Below are positions 1-60,717 of a stretch of 64,000 bases of DNA, in pieces. How positions within the stretch are numbered: position 1 is the first letter of the stretch; each line of letters opens with the position of its first letter. A program made the translations under genes and the position numbers. Source of the DNA: Schmidtea polychroa (lineage: Eukaryota); assembly GCA_044892525.1 (NCBI GenBank), contig CM097885.1:48300001-48364000 (forward strand), given 5' to 3'. Below the pieces are notes generated by a model that saw nothing but the letters and a program-made list of their open reading frames with translations, did no database searches and was not told the DNA's origin.

Positions 1-1579
1 AATTACAAATTTCATTTTTCATTTCATTTTTGTTCGGTTTTTGAAACAAACCATAGTGTGAAATATACATAAAGTACAAACGTAATGTACTTTGTATAAT
101 TTATTTTTTATATAATATATTTAATGAATTAAAATGTGTAAGCACGAAAAATAAATTCTTTTGTGAACACTAACAAGGATTTTTTTATATTTATTATTAT
201 ACTTTTGTTGCTGTTTAAGTGAATATAAAATACCGAATAATCGAAATTTTACTGTATTAACAAAACATTTGTAATTTTTCTTTATTTTTGTTAATATTAG
301 ACCAATTTGATAATTATTTGAAATTGTGACACATTCTTAAATATTCTTAATAATTAGAATACAACTTCATAAATAGTTCATTTTTGTAAATATTTTTATT
401 TATACCTACTGCTCTTATTGTACTCTCTAATATTGATTAATTGGTTAATTTTTTGCCAATAAATTAAATTAAATCTAAACATAGCATTTAATAATTGTTG
501 GTGATAGTTCGTTGTAATATTCCTTGTTATATTATAATTCCTAATATCTATCATTGTAACCGATAATTCTGAAGATGAACATTTCAAATTACATACTATT
601 TCCTTAATTATGTTAGAATAACTGCCGAATAATTTAAATGTATAATTAAACGAAATCCGCTTGCGTCAAAATGATCTTTAAATGTTTATGCAATGAAGAA
701 AAAATTATACAATGACATCAAACAATAATGACATAGTTTTAACTATATAGGATAGCTTTATTAATAAAATGTATTTATAAATATTAATATATTCGGATGT
801 TTGTGATATATTGAACTTATATAATTACATTGCTAGGAATATTATTTATGTTTAGTTAAATTATCCACGTATATATCTTCTAACAATGCATATTAAGTTG
901 ATTATTTTCATATAATCATTTATTATATTATAACATCAAAGGTTGAACAAATTATGCAATAATTAATTCTGAGCTGGATGTTTTAACATTTGAGAGCTAA
1001 AGAATTTTTATCTAATATATAAAATATCAATTTGTGTGACATACAAACATCAGCGAAGTTAATATAGTGAGTAAAAATGAAAGTGTGTTTCCATGTCCGG
1101 ACTATTTATGGGTAAAAGGTAGACAGATGCATTCAATTTTTCGAGTTATAAATGTAGAAGACCGAATGAACTTGTAATTTAAAAAAAATTTCAAAATCTG
1201 AAAAATAACATGAAAATTCGCTTTTAGAACGTTAATTATGTTTTTTCATTTTCTCTTTTTTGTCTCTACCATTTCAATCTCTAGATACGGTATATCTGGA
1301 TGGGGTAATGTATTGCTGAATTGTGATTTTTGTACAGAAATGAAAAATTTTATGTAATTTTCTTTTTCTTTGTTAGTTTACCATGCACGGTTTGTAATAT
1401 TTATTATATCTTCAAAATAGACTCGGGCAGCGCAAGAGTGATTTATTTTATGACTTATTTTTAGAGAATAATACTTTTTATTTAGAAAGTTTTAAATGAG
1501 AATGTTTATAATTTTAACTTTGGATTAAAATTATAAACATTCTCATTTTAATTAAAACCATTTATTATATTTAAAAGAA

Positions 1580-2150
1580 TTACTATGCCACTCGAAAACT
1601 TTCCAAATGATGTACAATAAGAGAAGATGGATGAAAGAAGATGTCATGAAAATCTGGATTGAAAAATGGTAAAGACCTCGCTCGGTGGCATTTTGTATTA
1701 AAAATCATTATTAATTATAGACTCAAAATATTTAAATGGACGTTTCAAGAATATATAAAGTGGTTTCAATTTTGAAGGTAATCCGCCTGAAGGTAATACT
1801 GAAATTATACCAGGCGGATTACCTTCAAAATTGAAACCACTTTATATATTCTTGAAACGTCCATTTAAATATTTTATTAGAAATAAAACATGGAACGAGT
1901 GAATGAAAACCGAAGAGCATAGTTTTCCAAAACCTGGAAGGCAAACCAGAAGTGTGTAAATGAATTGTTTCAGCCTTGGAAAAAGTTAAGATCAGTAGTA
2001 TTATTATTAGATTTGATAAATCTAATCTTATTGGTAAAGAAAATCATCCAAATTTAAGCGATGATGATAAAATATCTAAGGATGAAACAAATACTTTGTG
2101 TTGTCAGATTTAGAACCTGATTTTGAAAGATGTTTTTATCTGAAATGAAA
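1580..2150 (+). mobile_element. Degraded pogo-family (DDE_1) transposase fragment
   Basis: Translates to WMKEDVMKIWIEKW*RPR, IIPGGLPSKLKPLYIFLKRPFK (pogo-type IPGGLTSKLQPLD..NRPFK) and WNE*MKTEEHSF, followed by an acidic tail, with stops. A pogo-like subterminal motif (GAGTATAGTCCGCACC) lies at ~3300-3345, beyond the hAT insertion. Confidence 0.7.
1725..1875. repeat. Perfect palindrome, 65-bp arms (1725-1789 / 1811-1875), 21-nt spacer
   Basis: The arms are exact reverse complements when read base by base. Confidence 0.95.
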
Positions 2151-2220
2151 TACAAGTTTTATCTAATTTTATCTATTTTATAAATCATTTTACTAATATT
2201 TTACTGATCATATTATAAAC

Positions 2221-3257
2221 CAGGGGCGTGCAAATGGTGGCCCGTGGGCCAAATGTGGCCCGCGAGGCGAATTTTTCTGGCCCGTGGAAATCAAAAAACA
2301 TACGAATAAATTGAGTTTTATACTTTGATAGCTAAAAGGCTCCGCGATTCTTCTTCTTTTAATTGTTCCTATAAAATTTTCATGAACTCAATTGTAAACT
2401 CCAAACACAAAATCAACTTATTCACGAACTTTATGGTCACATATTGTCTTTTCAAAGCAAGCTAATTCTGTGGAAAACCCAATTAAAGCAAGGAAATGCT
2501 TATCACTTTCCAACACTTTAAAAGCATTTTGAAAGTGAATTATGTTGTCAGGAATTTGCCAATGAATTGGAAATTTTACATGAAGAATTTATGATCCGAT
2601 TTAATGATTTTCGAATTCATAATATTGGATTTAAAATTTTTTCTTCTCCATTCGATGTTGATGTTTCAACAGCTCCACATCAAATCCAACTGGAACTGAT
2701 ATATTTACAGGGGAGAATAGAGCTGAGGATGAAAGCAAAAACCATGAAACCCCTTGATTTTTATCAGCAACTTTTTCCAGCAAGCGAATTTCCAAATCTA
2801 TCAAGATTTGTTCAAAAGCGACTGGCTTTGATTGGTAGCACTTACAAGTGTGAGCAGCTATTCTCCAGAATGAAATTCGTTAAATCAGTTCAGAGATCCA
2901 GGATAACTGATCATCATCTTGAAAGTTCCTTGCGATTAGCAATATCCGGGATTTCACCGGACATTAATTCTCTTGTGGAGAGTTCAAAGTCACAGAAAGA
3001 ATAAAATAATTAATCTGTTCATTTTTTTAAATAGTTTAAAGCGGATATTATTGTACACTATGCTAACTAGCTGCAGTAATTAAGCGTATAGTGTCCTGTT
3101 TTTTTAGATTAAAAGGTAAACCCTAAGAAAAATTCCGCTGAAAAGAAATAGGTTTTTTTTATTTGAGCGGGGGTTTTTTTTTTAAAATTTTTTCTGGCCC
3201 TATAAAAATAATTTTCCTAAAAGTGGCCCTCGGAACACTTTTGGCTGCACACCTCTG
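2221..3257 (+). mobile_element. hAT (Charlie/GTF2IRD2-like) deletion derivative
   Basis: TIRs CAGGGGCGTGCA / TGCACACCTCTG; 8-bp TSD TTATAAAC on both sides; ORF 2567-3004 is the hAT C-terminal dimerization region (GSTYKCEQLFSRMKFVKS..RSRITD.HL). Confidence 0.92.
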
Positions 3258-3599
3258 TTATAAACAATAAAAAAAACATGATATTTTTAGAAAAAAATGT
3301 AAAAATATTCGAGTATATTTCGCACCCGAGTATAGTCCGCACCTATGTCGTTTTAAATGTAATTTGGATTTTTTATTCTTGATTCATGTAAATGACATTT
3401 TCAGAGTATATTATCAATAACAAACATTTAGTCACCATCCTAAATTATCATATTTATTTTTATATTATTACAGCTGCAAATTAAAGAATTTTAATAAACA
3501 TAAATGATAATTACTTATTAATATTACTGACAGACATTGTATTCAGTTAACATTAATAATTTATATGAATAACTTTTCAACTAATTTGACAAACCATAC

Positions 3600-21981
<18,382 letters not shown>

Positions 21982-22399
21982 TTAAATATAACTGGAAATT
22001 AATTGCTAAGATTACAGTATATTAATTAAACAACAAAAAAAATAAATTGAAATTATTAAATTTAATTTTATTTGAAGTCAATAACAAATCAATGACAAAA
22101 AATAATAATTTTTGGCTAGTATGGTATTATGGTATTTTTATTTAAAACTTTTAAATATTGCCATAAGTTTTTTCTAATAAATAAAAATTGAAACCATTTC
22201 TGGAAAGTTCAAAGCAAATTACAAATTATATTTTGCCTTTCAAATAATTTTCAATTTAAAACTTGGTGGATCGAACAGTATTCCAAATAAAACAACACTA
22301 CAAAAAAGTTACTAAAGGGAAAGTTAATTTGGGAAACATAGATCAAATAGTATTAAGTTATCAGAGAAGAATTTAGGGAAACCGAAAATCAATCTAAAA

Positions 22400-23300
22400 T
22401 GTAGTGTTAAACAACGATAACCATTAAAAAATTTGTTGGCATAGTTGCGTCAGAGTTGTTAAGTGATTAATGGCTAATTCTTTTGTTTGTTTTGATCTAA
22501 TAATTAAATGGGCTAATGAGACGACCTACATAGAACGTCAAAAGCACAAAGAATATTTAAAATTATTTTGAAACACCAAATAAAAGAAAAGTAAAAATAG
22601 AACAGAAATAAAAATAAATAAGAAAAAATTAATAAAATTATAAAATGCAAGCAGTTGCACACGGAACACATTTAAACATAAAAATACCATAAATCGCCGA
22701 AAAAAGACACAAAAATAGCAAAAATATCATCTTATCCCTAAGATGAGCATGATGTTTAAAGTTGATCATTCGATCAATAAGGAATAAAAAGAATGGAAAG
22801 AATTAAAATAAGAACAGTACATTAAAACAAAATAAAGAAATGGACAAATCAAACTGATTGGAATTTAATATCAAAATATGAAAATAAAATACGATCTAAC
22901 ACACATGATCGATCTGATTGGTCGAAGGCATGCATGAGAAAAGTATATAAAGGGACATCTCAGTAGCCACTTTACCGCTTTTTTTCTTTGAAAAACCATT
23001 TTTGTCTATACTAAACCATTCTTATCAACCAAAAACTATAGATTTTGAACTACTCTTTCTGAATCATTGTTTTCTAATCAATTTTATCAACTAAAATATT
23101 TGTAATACTGCGCCTATCGATCAGTTTGTTGAGCAAATCTCTTATTTGGGTGTAATCACTAATACTTCAACTAGTTACCTTGCAATAGCTTAGATTTCTT
23201 TACATAAGCGACATTCAATCAGGTATACTTTTATTTTAAATACCAAATCTATAAACATATATTAAATGTTATTTCGTTTATCGTCGTTTTAAACGATACT
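22400..23300 (+). mobile_element. Probable solo LTR in the intergenic/promoter region
   Basis: Starts TGTAGTGTTAAACAACGAT; imperfect inverted copy ATCGTCGTTTTAAACGATACT at ~23280-23300; TATA-like GTATATAAAG at ~22943 followed by a T-rich tract; no clear TSD. Confidence 0.4.
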
Positions 23301-25755
23301 TTAGTTTTAGCAACCCTAGTATTTCGGTGTGAATTATTAATAATTACTTCCTGGCAAATTCAGCTGTTGGATATTAAAGTTATTCTAAATCATTGGAAGT
23401 ATTAGAATCATTTTCGAACATTTGAACCTGAGACAGATTATCACTCCATCGGTAAAACTTTGGTTTTCTTATTATATTGTATAATAATAATTTTTATTTT
23501 TAGTGTATTATCGGTTTACGTTAAAATTATATAATTCCAATAATGTTTATTTAATCTTTCTAATTCATTTAATTTAAAAATAGTTAACGTTTTTTGGATA
23601 TTTATCTTTTAAACCTAATACAAATTTTAATTACATTTATTTAATTTTGACTAGAGGAGTAGGCATCGCAAAGGGTGGAAGAGAAGGTATCAGTTGCTTT
23701 CTCACAGGCCAATTTGTGATGCATGCTCATTATCAGCAGGTTGATTTTCGATGGGAGCTATGAACAATGACCTCGTCGCGGCCACCACTGGAGGTATTTT
23801 ATGACAAAATGTATATGGTGTCGATTATAGAAAAAACGTATATCCTGATAAAATCCCACGAATAAGCACCGAAATCGACAATCACATGGATGTGTACAAA
23901 CTCAATCAACGGGTCTTATTGACCTCGAAGAAATTTTTGGGGGAAAATAGAATACAAAATTAAGACAGTACAACAATAGACACTGTGACGAAATGAAAAA
24001 TGTGAAATTTACCTTAAGTTGATTTTATAACACAGACAAAAAATATGTCGAACAATAGATTTCCCGATATTTAGACTGCCAATTCTAAATTTAATGATCA
24101 CTATGATAAGATTTATACTTCTGCCTCTGATGTAGCTGTATTAATCGAATAAATGTTCTGTGTTACCGTTTAATTTTCTCATCTGGACTTATTTTCTTTT
24201 GCTGTTTTTGTTGAAGCCAGTTAAACGAGATGTGAGCAGTAGGCAAAATTTATAGTATTACTGACAACAGAAAGAGAATATTCAAACATAAGACCTAACA
24301 GCAGTCAAGGACCCGTCAGAAACGTAAGAGGAGGTAAAGTTTAACTTCATCTTTTAAAGAATTCTAATTGTCCTAAATTGTCTTTCGATTTGTCCGTTGG
24401 CAGAATGATGGTAAGAACTTGAATAAATTACTTTAATATTTTGAGCTTTCATCAGATTTTATACATCTTCCGACAAAAGATTTCCCTCTACCACAGTATA
24501 AAATTTTCGGGGCACCATATTTTAATATCCAATTATTTTTTAAGATTATGATGACACAAGTTGGTAGCTATCCGCAAAATGTGAGCGATATTTTCAAATC
24601 TATTCATATCTTGATACGCCTTGGGTCTGTAAACAACCGTTTTGAATGTAATTCTAGAAATAAAACAATTTGAATATTAATATACAGATTGCAATTAACT
24701 ATCTGAAATGTCAGAAAAACAAAGAATAGAATCCTTTAGAGTTATATAAATTGGTACAAATTAATAATAAAATCACATGAATCTTTTGAACTTATTCAAT
24801 TAAAAATATGAAAATACGAAAAATAAAAATTTTTCAAATAAAAAGGTATGCACGTGTAACAAGGAAAAGATAATCAAGAATATAATAATTTTAGATCAAT
24901 AGACAATATTATTTAAAAAATACAAACTGTAGTGGTTATACGTTAAAGTTGAAAATAGAAGTTAGATGTACAAAAGGTATGTATATATTGTACATTGTAC
25001 AACACATAAAAAGTTTAATGAAACAAAATTTCAAATTACACTTAAACCCTCCGCGCTGTTTCCAGCTTAACCCAAAATACGATCATTTACTGCAACTCAT
25101 TGCCCATTGATTATTCAACGCTAGTACTGCCGAAAGCAATTTGATTTGTCACCCGGAAGTTTACTGTGCGAAATTTCCTCTGGTGTAGTTTGCCATCTTT
25201 TAGGGCCTTTATCTCTTTCTGATCTCAGGTTTGCATTTTATAGATTTCCACGTCCACATTTATTTTGCGTTACTTTAGTCGAATCTCATTGCAAATTAGA
25301 CTCATGACACATATTTTACACGCTGATAATATAAATTTAGAGTATTGATATAATATTATATAAGCGCTACTCTCTTAAAGTCTATTATTGTAATATTTTG
25401 TTATAAAAATATCTTTTGAGGTGAAATTGAAATATTCAATTCAAGTATATTATTTTCCAAAATAAGCAAAACTATTAATCAATTGGCATAACCTTAAAAC
25501 ATTTTTGTGTATATATTCAAATACTTAATAGACAAGAGTTTGGTAAAATCATCTTTAAATAAATTTTTAAAATTTTTAAAAAAAAATTTTAACATACAAT
25601 AAAACTTTGTTTTACTATTTCATTTTAATAGACTTTAAGAAAAATATTTTCAAAATATTTTTTCTCAAGTCAAATTTTTTTTAATATTTTGTAAGGTAAG
25701 ATATAATTGAAATTTTATTTATTTATTAATTTAAAAATTAATTAGAAAAAGTTTG

Positions 25756-53740
<27,985 letters not shown>

Positions 53741-54415
53741 GTTTGCTTTATCATAAAAGTGGATAATTTTACTTATCGATTCCAATTTATAACGTGATGA
53801 TTAAAACTTTGTCCAGTTTCCCCGTTACGTAATTTCTGGTTTATATTTCGTAATTTTTCTTAGATTGTCAAAAATATATTTTAGTGTTTAATATTTATAA
53901 ATTTGTGGTCGACTTCAAATCGTTGACCCGCACAATAGAATCGCAATTCATTAAGTTTTATTAATTCGCAGATAATAATGAAAAATCTTTATTTTAAATA
54001 TACAATTTCTTGAACAGCGTTCTGTTTCATTTGTTTATGATGATTTTCATCTATTTACCAGACAAGAACGACATTGTTCATTATATTGTTAATTCAGTTG
54101 TTTATCAAGTTTTCCAACGTTTCAATCTTTGAACCTACATTTCCGATGAACTTCATGCCAATCTCCAATATTCATAAGCTTAGGATCATAGAAACTGAAA
54201 GCCACAAGAATATGATGCCGTTCCACATATTGGTAAAAATCGTAAAAATGCTACACAAAAATTGATTAAAATCACATACTGAAAACCTCTGTAAATACTA
54301 TCAAGACAAAGGAAAACAACCACTGAAGAAATATGACTATTAAATTCCAATTCTGATGCGTAGTCTATTTTTACAAATGATAAAAAAATTAACCAATTAG
54401 AATTTTTTAAAAATA

Positions 54416-55317
54416 TGTTGGGTTATTGAGTTGGTGATAGAATTAGAATTATTACTCTGACTCCAAGCGTGTCTTTGACTGATGCACAAATAACAATTAA
54501 CACTGGAAATTTTATTGAATATCACAAATATTTTTACGATGATACAATTGACTCAACAAGCTAACTATTATACGGTGCTTATTACAACACTATGGTGAGG
54601 AATAGCACACTCGTATAACTTTGATTTGGCAAATCTCTCACAACTGAGGAGTGTAATAATTGGTAATTTTAGCTGGTTGTTCTCTGATTTTGACTTGGTT
54701 TTACTCGCCTGACTTTATTCTATTATCAACTGAATAAACTCTTGATTTTTTCTTTATTTTCTTTTTAGTTTCTCTGCTTCAATTATTTCTTCTTAATTGT
54801 TCTCTCAATGGTTTCTCCAAACTGCTCGCTAACACAATTCTCCCACGTCTTCTTAATTTTATAACTCGTCTTCTCTATTGTTTTCTCTCTTATAATTCTT
54901 CTATAGTTTCCTCTCTATCTTTTTTTCTTCACTTCTGCTGTGCCATCTCCTTTTATACCATTGTCAATTTGTGGCACTTCAGATAATCAAGTGTTTTTCC
55001 CATTTTCTTTCTCTTGCTTTCCCCGACTGTCCCATTTTTATCTCTGACAGCTGTCAAGTTATTTTCCCCTTTTCCTTTTTTTTGACCGCCTTCTCCCATT
55101 AATTCTGTTATCACTGGCAAGCTGTCGAGATAAGGATATTGTTGTTTTTCCTTTTCCCCGATTTCAAAATTCCTTTTTCTTTTTGTACTAATTAATTAGT
55201 ACTGACCTTGGTTTTTATTATCCTTTTATTTCCTTTATCTTTCTCATTTTTAATTTCTTTTCACTTCCGTTTTCTTTTCTGAGTTCCTATAGGTAATGTC
55301 CCGTTTGTCATGGCGAT
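54416..55317 (-). mobile_element. LTR-like segment
   Basis: On minus: PPT-like CAGGGGGAAGA at the right edge, TATA-like GTATAAAAG (~54950), AATAAA (~54515) and terminal ..CCAACA; strong purine/pyrimidine strand bias; boundaries uncertain. Confidence 0.45.
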
Positions 55318-55399
55318 CTTCCCCCTGGTAATTTTATTTATTTCTTTGTAAATTGTTATTTAGGTTTCATCAACAAATATTATACTATGGGTATTCCGT

Positions 55400-55850
55400 A
55401 GTTGTAAAAAGAATTTAAAAATTAGCATAGAATAACATTGAAAATTCCAAAATATCGAATGGTTTGACAATAAAATGCCAGAAAAGAAATAAAATAATAT
55501 TAAGAAAAATATGTGGAGAAAAAGTTCAAATAAAACAGCGTTATTGTTATTTCCCAAAAGTATAACAGAATTTATATCAGGTTAATAATATGTTGATATA
55601 TTCAAATATGATGAAACTGGTTGATTTTGGGAAGAAATGCCGAATTTGATATTAGCAGAAAATGAAATACAATTGAAGGAAAGTAAGAAATAAATGAAAA
55701 GAGTGAGCTTATTATTTGGAATTAGTAAATATGGAAGAAAGAAGTATTATCTATCTTGGTAAAAGAATCAGAATGAGTTGTATTAGTTATGGAAGACATC
55801 CAAAGGATCCAATGGTAAATGGATGATATAACAAAATTGTAGCAAAAAAA
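55400..55850 (+). mobile_element. Degraded Tigger/pogo DDE transposase fragment
   Basis: FKYDETG*FWEEMPNLILA..ESKK*MKRVSLLFG (DETGLFW-type motif). Confidence 0.7.
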
Positions 55851-58544
55851 TATATCCTTAAAGTTAATTTCAATTTACATTGCCCTATTTATAATTTCAG
55901 GCCAACACCTACCAAATATTGGTTTCATTAATATGGCTTTCAATCGTTAATTACTCCGAAATATTTCACGGAAGAATTAATGAATCTATTTAAATTTTCA
56001 TAGAAATATTAAAAGTTTGTAAAAAATAATTATTCTTGGACCTTTTATTCCCATGACATTTTGTTCGACCACCATTAAAATATTGTATTTGGCCAATGAG
56101 TATCATGAAATCAATGATCATGGAAATAATGACTGACACTTGGCTGATCAATATGCTCTGGGACAAGATCTCATCTCGGACGACCAGTATCGTCAAATCT
56201 ATACGCCAGGTTTCATCCATTAAGTGGAATAGTTCGACATCGGGGATAGGCAGCGATGCTTTTCTAAAATTTCTCAACCGGTTCGTAGTGATTCTTTTTC
56301 TAATATTTATGTTTTGATTTGTCAATTTGATCTTTACCTAGTATATGGTATGTTAGGAAAAAAGATAATTGTGGTCCGTATCCTTTGAAATTAAATTCGA
56401 AGTAAAATATAAAAGAAAATAAACATGAAAACTATACTTTTATTTATTTATTAATTCAAAAAAAACTTGTTTACTTAAAACAGAAACATAGTATAACAAA
56501 ATATAAAATTATAGAATTCATACATAGATATTACTATAATTTAATTAAATCATTTTAAATATTTCCAAATAAATACTTAGTTTTGGCTAAGTAGGTAGTT
56601 AGTGGCCTACGGGAACAATAGGGGGGGGGGGGTAAAAAATGTTGCAAACTTTTGATTGCATAACTTTTTCCGTAGACATTTTTTGATTACATAATTTTTG
56701 CCGTAATGCCCAATGTTTTCTGGGATTTTAAATACAAAATTTTTTTTTTTTTTTTTTTTTTCAATAAACAAGCCAAGGATAAATATTATTTGGGTGGGTC
56801 TCCTTGGTCCTGAGAATTTCAATAGAAAAAGGTAGTCTCCATTAAAAAAGCATGGATTTTTCACACTATAGTGAGAGAGTCTCTATAGTCCTAGGATTTT
56901 CAATACAAAAAGACGGTTTACACTAAAAAAGTATGGTAATTCAAGGTCTCAGGTTATTTTCAATACAAAAAGGTGGTCTACACTAAAAAACATGGTAATT
57001 TTTTTAAAATAAAGCAAATTATGGGTCTAAAAATTGGATTACAGTAAATTATGGACTAAGATTTTTAAATTAAAGTAAATTATGGTCCAAATTTTTGAAT
57101 TACATTAAATATTGGGTCTAAAAATTGAATTACAGTAAACAATGGTCAATAATTTTAATTTAAAGTTAAATAAGTAAATTAAAGGCTAAATTATGAAATT
57201 AAAGGAAACAATGGTTCAAATTTTAAATTAAAGCTAAATGAGTAAATTAAAGTAATAATTTTTAAATAAGTAATGTAATAAGTAAATTAAGGTTCAAATT
57301 AGTAAATTAAGATCCAAAAAAAAAAATTAAATTAAAGTAATCAATGGGTTCAAATGAGTTAATTAAGGTTCTAAAAAAAAAATTAAATTAAATTAATCAA
57401 CAGGTTCAAATAAGTTAATTAAGGTTCTTAAAAAAAATTAAATTAAAGTAATCAATGGGTTCAAATGAGTTAATTAAGGTTCTAAAAAAAATTAATTTAA
57501 ATTAATCAACGGGTTCAAATAAGTTAATTAAGGTCTAAAATTTAAAATTAAAGCAATCAATGAGTTCAAATAAGTAAATTAAGGTCCAAATATTTAAATT
57601 AAAGTAATCAATGGGCTCAAATAACTAAATTAAGGTTCTAAAAAATAAATTAAAGTTAATTAAGGTTCAAAATTTAACATTAAGTAATCAATGGTAAAAT
57701 AAAACTTTAAATTAAAGTTAAATAAGTAAATTTAAGTAATGTAATAAGTAAAAAAAGTTAAAGTTAGATTTTAAAATTTATTTACAAAAGTTGGAATAAT
57801 AGTTGGTGATTGAGAATTGAAAATTTTAAATGAAAATATTTAACGTATATTTTTTAAGATAATTTTTAATAGACATTTTTATGAAATATTTTTCAATGTT
57901 AATTTCAGATGAAAATTTATATGAAATATTTTTCAATGTTAATTTTAGATGAAAATTTTAATGAAATAATTATTTTTTAAGGTAATTTTTATGAATTATT
58001 TTTCAATGTTAATTTTAGATGGAAAGTTTTATGTATTATTTTTCAATAGTAATTAAAGTTGCAAATCATTGTCAATTAATCATTCACTACATGAAATTAT
58101 TGGTTAAATATGAAAATAAGGGCTATATTTGGTTGTAAATTATGGTAAAAAAATTTAAATAAAGTAATACAAGGATAAATAGGTAAATTAATGTTTTATT
58201 TTTAAATTATAGGTTCAAAACTTTAAATTAAAATTTATAAACAAAAGTTGGAATAACCAACCGCTTCTGAGACATAAAAATTTAAAATAAAATTTTTAAG
58301 AAATAATTTTTTAAAGTCAAATTTTAATAGAAACTTTTATGGAATAATTTTTTTAAGTTAATTTTTATTGAAAATATTTATGAAATATTTTTTTTAAGTT
58401 AAATTTGAATAGAAATTTTTATGGAATAATTTTTGAAGCTAATTTTAAATAGAAATTTTAATGAATTAATAATTGTCAAAGACAAATTTAAATGGAAATT
58501 TTAATGAAATAATTTTCAAAGGCAAATTTAGATGCAAATTTCAA

Positions 58545-58741
58545 TGATAATAAAAATTAATAATAAAAATAATAATAAAAAATAATAAAAATATTAATAA
58601 TAATTATAATAAAAAATAATAAATAAAAATAATAAAAATATTTATAATAATAAAAAATAATGAAAATCATAATAAAAAATAAAATTAAAAATAATAATAA
58701 TAATAATAATAATATTGATAAAAATAATAATAATTATAATC

Positions 58742-58779
<38 letters not shown>

Positions 58780-58780
58780 C

Positions 58781-58822
<42 letters not shown>
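58545..58822. repeat. Degenerate (AAT)n microsatellite
   Basis: Read directly. Confidence 0.9.
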
Positions 58823-58825
<3 letters not shown>

Positions 58826-60156
58826 CAATCGGATACCAACAACTATCAGGTACAACTATCATGAACAACTAGAACAACTACCTACAACTATGTACTAACA
58901 ACCAACTAAGTATTCTTTATTGTATTTTATCAAATGATTTTTAAATTAATTTTTTATCTGTTTTCAAAAATATGTTTAATTACAATCAGTAGAAAAAATC
59001 TTTTCAAAATGTCTAAATTTAACAAAAATGAATAATTGTCAACTCATCACTACTTGGAATTCAAAATAATTTAAATTACAATGAAATACTAATGAATTCT
59101 AATTTACAAAACATTCTTCTTTTAATTGATAACTACTGACTTATTATTGCAAAGTAAAAATCGCATTCAATAAATACTTATTGTTGATCAGTTTTATTAT
59201 ATATATACTGAGTTTATCCGACAGGATGTTTTGACCCCATAAGGGTACAGGTCGTAATGGTACTGGTAGTAAGGGTATTGGTAACACTCAACCCCCACCT
59301 ACCCATTAACCAGCTACTAAGTACTAACAACCAGTTACCTGATACCAACTACTAACAACCAACATCAACCTGGTACTAAGTATTATCAACCTACAACTAT
59401 ATAACAATCAGTAAACAATACTGTACCAACTACCATATACAAGATACCAACAACTTAGTACCAACAACCAGTAACTTACGAACATGTACTAACAACCAAG
59501 TAAAAACAATCAAGTAATAACAAATATATCTTTAAAAGAAAATCCTCTTCACTTGCAATATTGGTAACACTCAACTACCACCTACTCATTAATTAGCTAC
59601 CACTAGGTTTCAAACAACAAAATACTAAACACTTACAACCGTGTACTAACAACCACCAACAAAACCTATCGAGAAATTAACAAATATATACAACTATATG
59701 ACAACAATCAGTAAACAACACTGTACCAACTACTAAATACAAGATACCAAGTACCAACAATCAACTAACAACACATAAAAATAATAGCAATTAAATACAA
59801 AATATTCTTCATCACATGCAATATATTCTTGTCATCATCTACAACTAAACTCTATCAATCAGATACCAAATATTAACAACCAGATACTTACAACCAACAA
59901 CTATGTAATAAAAAATTGATCTTTAAAAGAAAATACTCTTCACTTGAAAAATTGGATGAAAAATTAATAAAAAAAAATGCAATTCATTAATTAACTGATT
60001 ACCAGTACTTGTATGATTTTCCAATAACTAGATAAAAATTAAATAAATCATTGTAAAAATTTAAATTATTCAAAACATAATAAATAACAAAATGTAATGG
60101 ACGAAAGAACTTTAAATTCTAGTCATTAATCATCCAGTAAATAAAAAAAATACTGA

Positions 60157-60717
60157 TCATTTAAGTTAATCAACTAAGATAATAAAGATAATAAGATCTA
60201 GTAGATAATTTATTTTGATTGAATAAATTAACTGAAATAAATTAATTCAGTATGAATTCATTACCATTATCAAAGTCAACAATCTACAATAAAAATAAAT
60301 ATCATTAAATTCCAAAAGAGACTAGATAACTAATGATAACATCTAATAAACCAGTAAATTCATTTAAATAATTGGTATATCCAAGTAAATTTTCTAAAAT
60401 CATTCAAGTTAATCAACTAAGATAATAAAGATAATAAGATCTAGTAGATAATTTATTTAGATTGAATAAATTAATTGAAATAAATTAATTTTAATTATTT
60501 TTTAAAAGTAATACACGTATATTGAAATCTATTTACTAATTCCTCAAATTATACACAAAATTCAGTATGAATTCATTACCATTATCAAAGTCAACAATCT
60601 ACAATAAAAATAATTATCATTAAATTCCAAAAGAGACTAGATAACTAATGATGACATCTAATAAACCAGTAAATTCATTTAAATGTCAATAATTTGTATA
60701 TCCAAGTAAATTTTCTA
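60157..60717. repeat. Tandem duplication of a ~240-bp unit; second copy has a ~70-bp insertion
   Basis: AAGTTAATCAACTAAGATAATAAAGATAATAAGATCTAG..TATCCAAGTAAATTTTCTA occurs at ~60157-60396 and ~60400-60717. Confidence 0.85.

Noticed and set aside
24928..25311. Solo LTR (TGT..ACA) just upstream of ATG7
   Set aside because: No TSD or second copy seen; too weak to list as a feature.
58642..58842. Poly-Ile membrane protein ORF
   Set aside because: Translation of the (AAT)n microsatellite.
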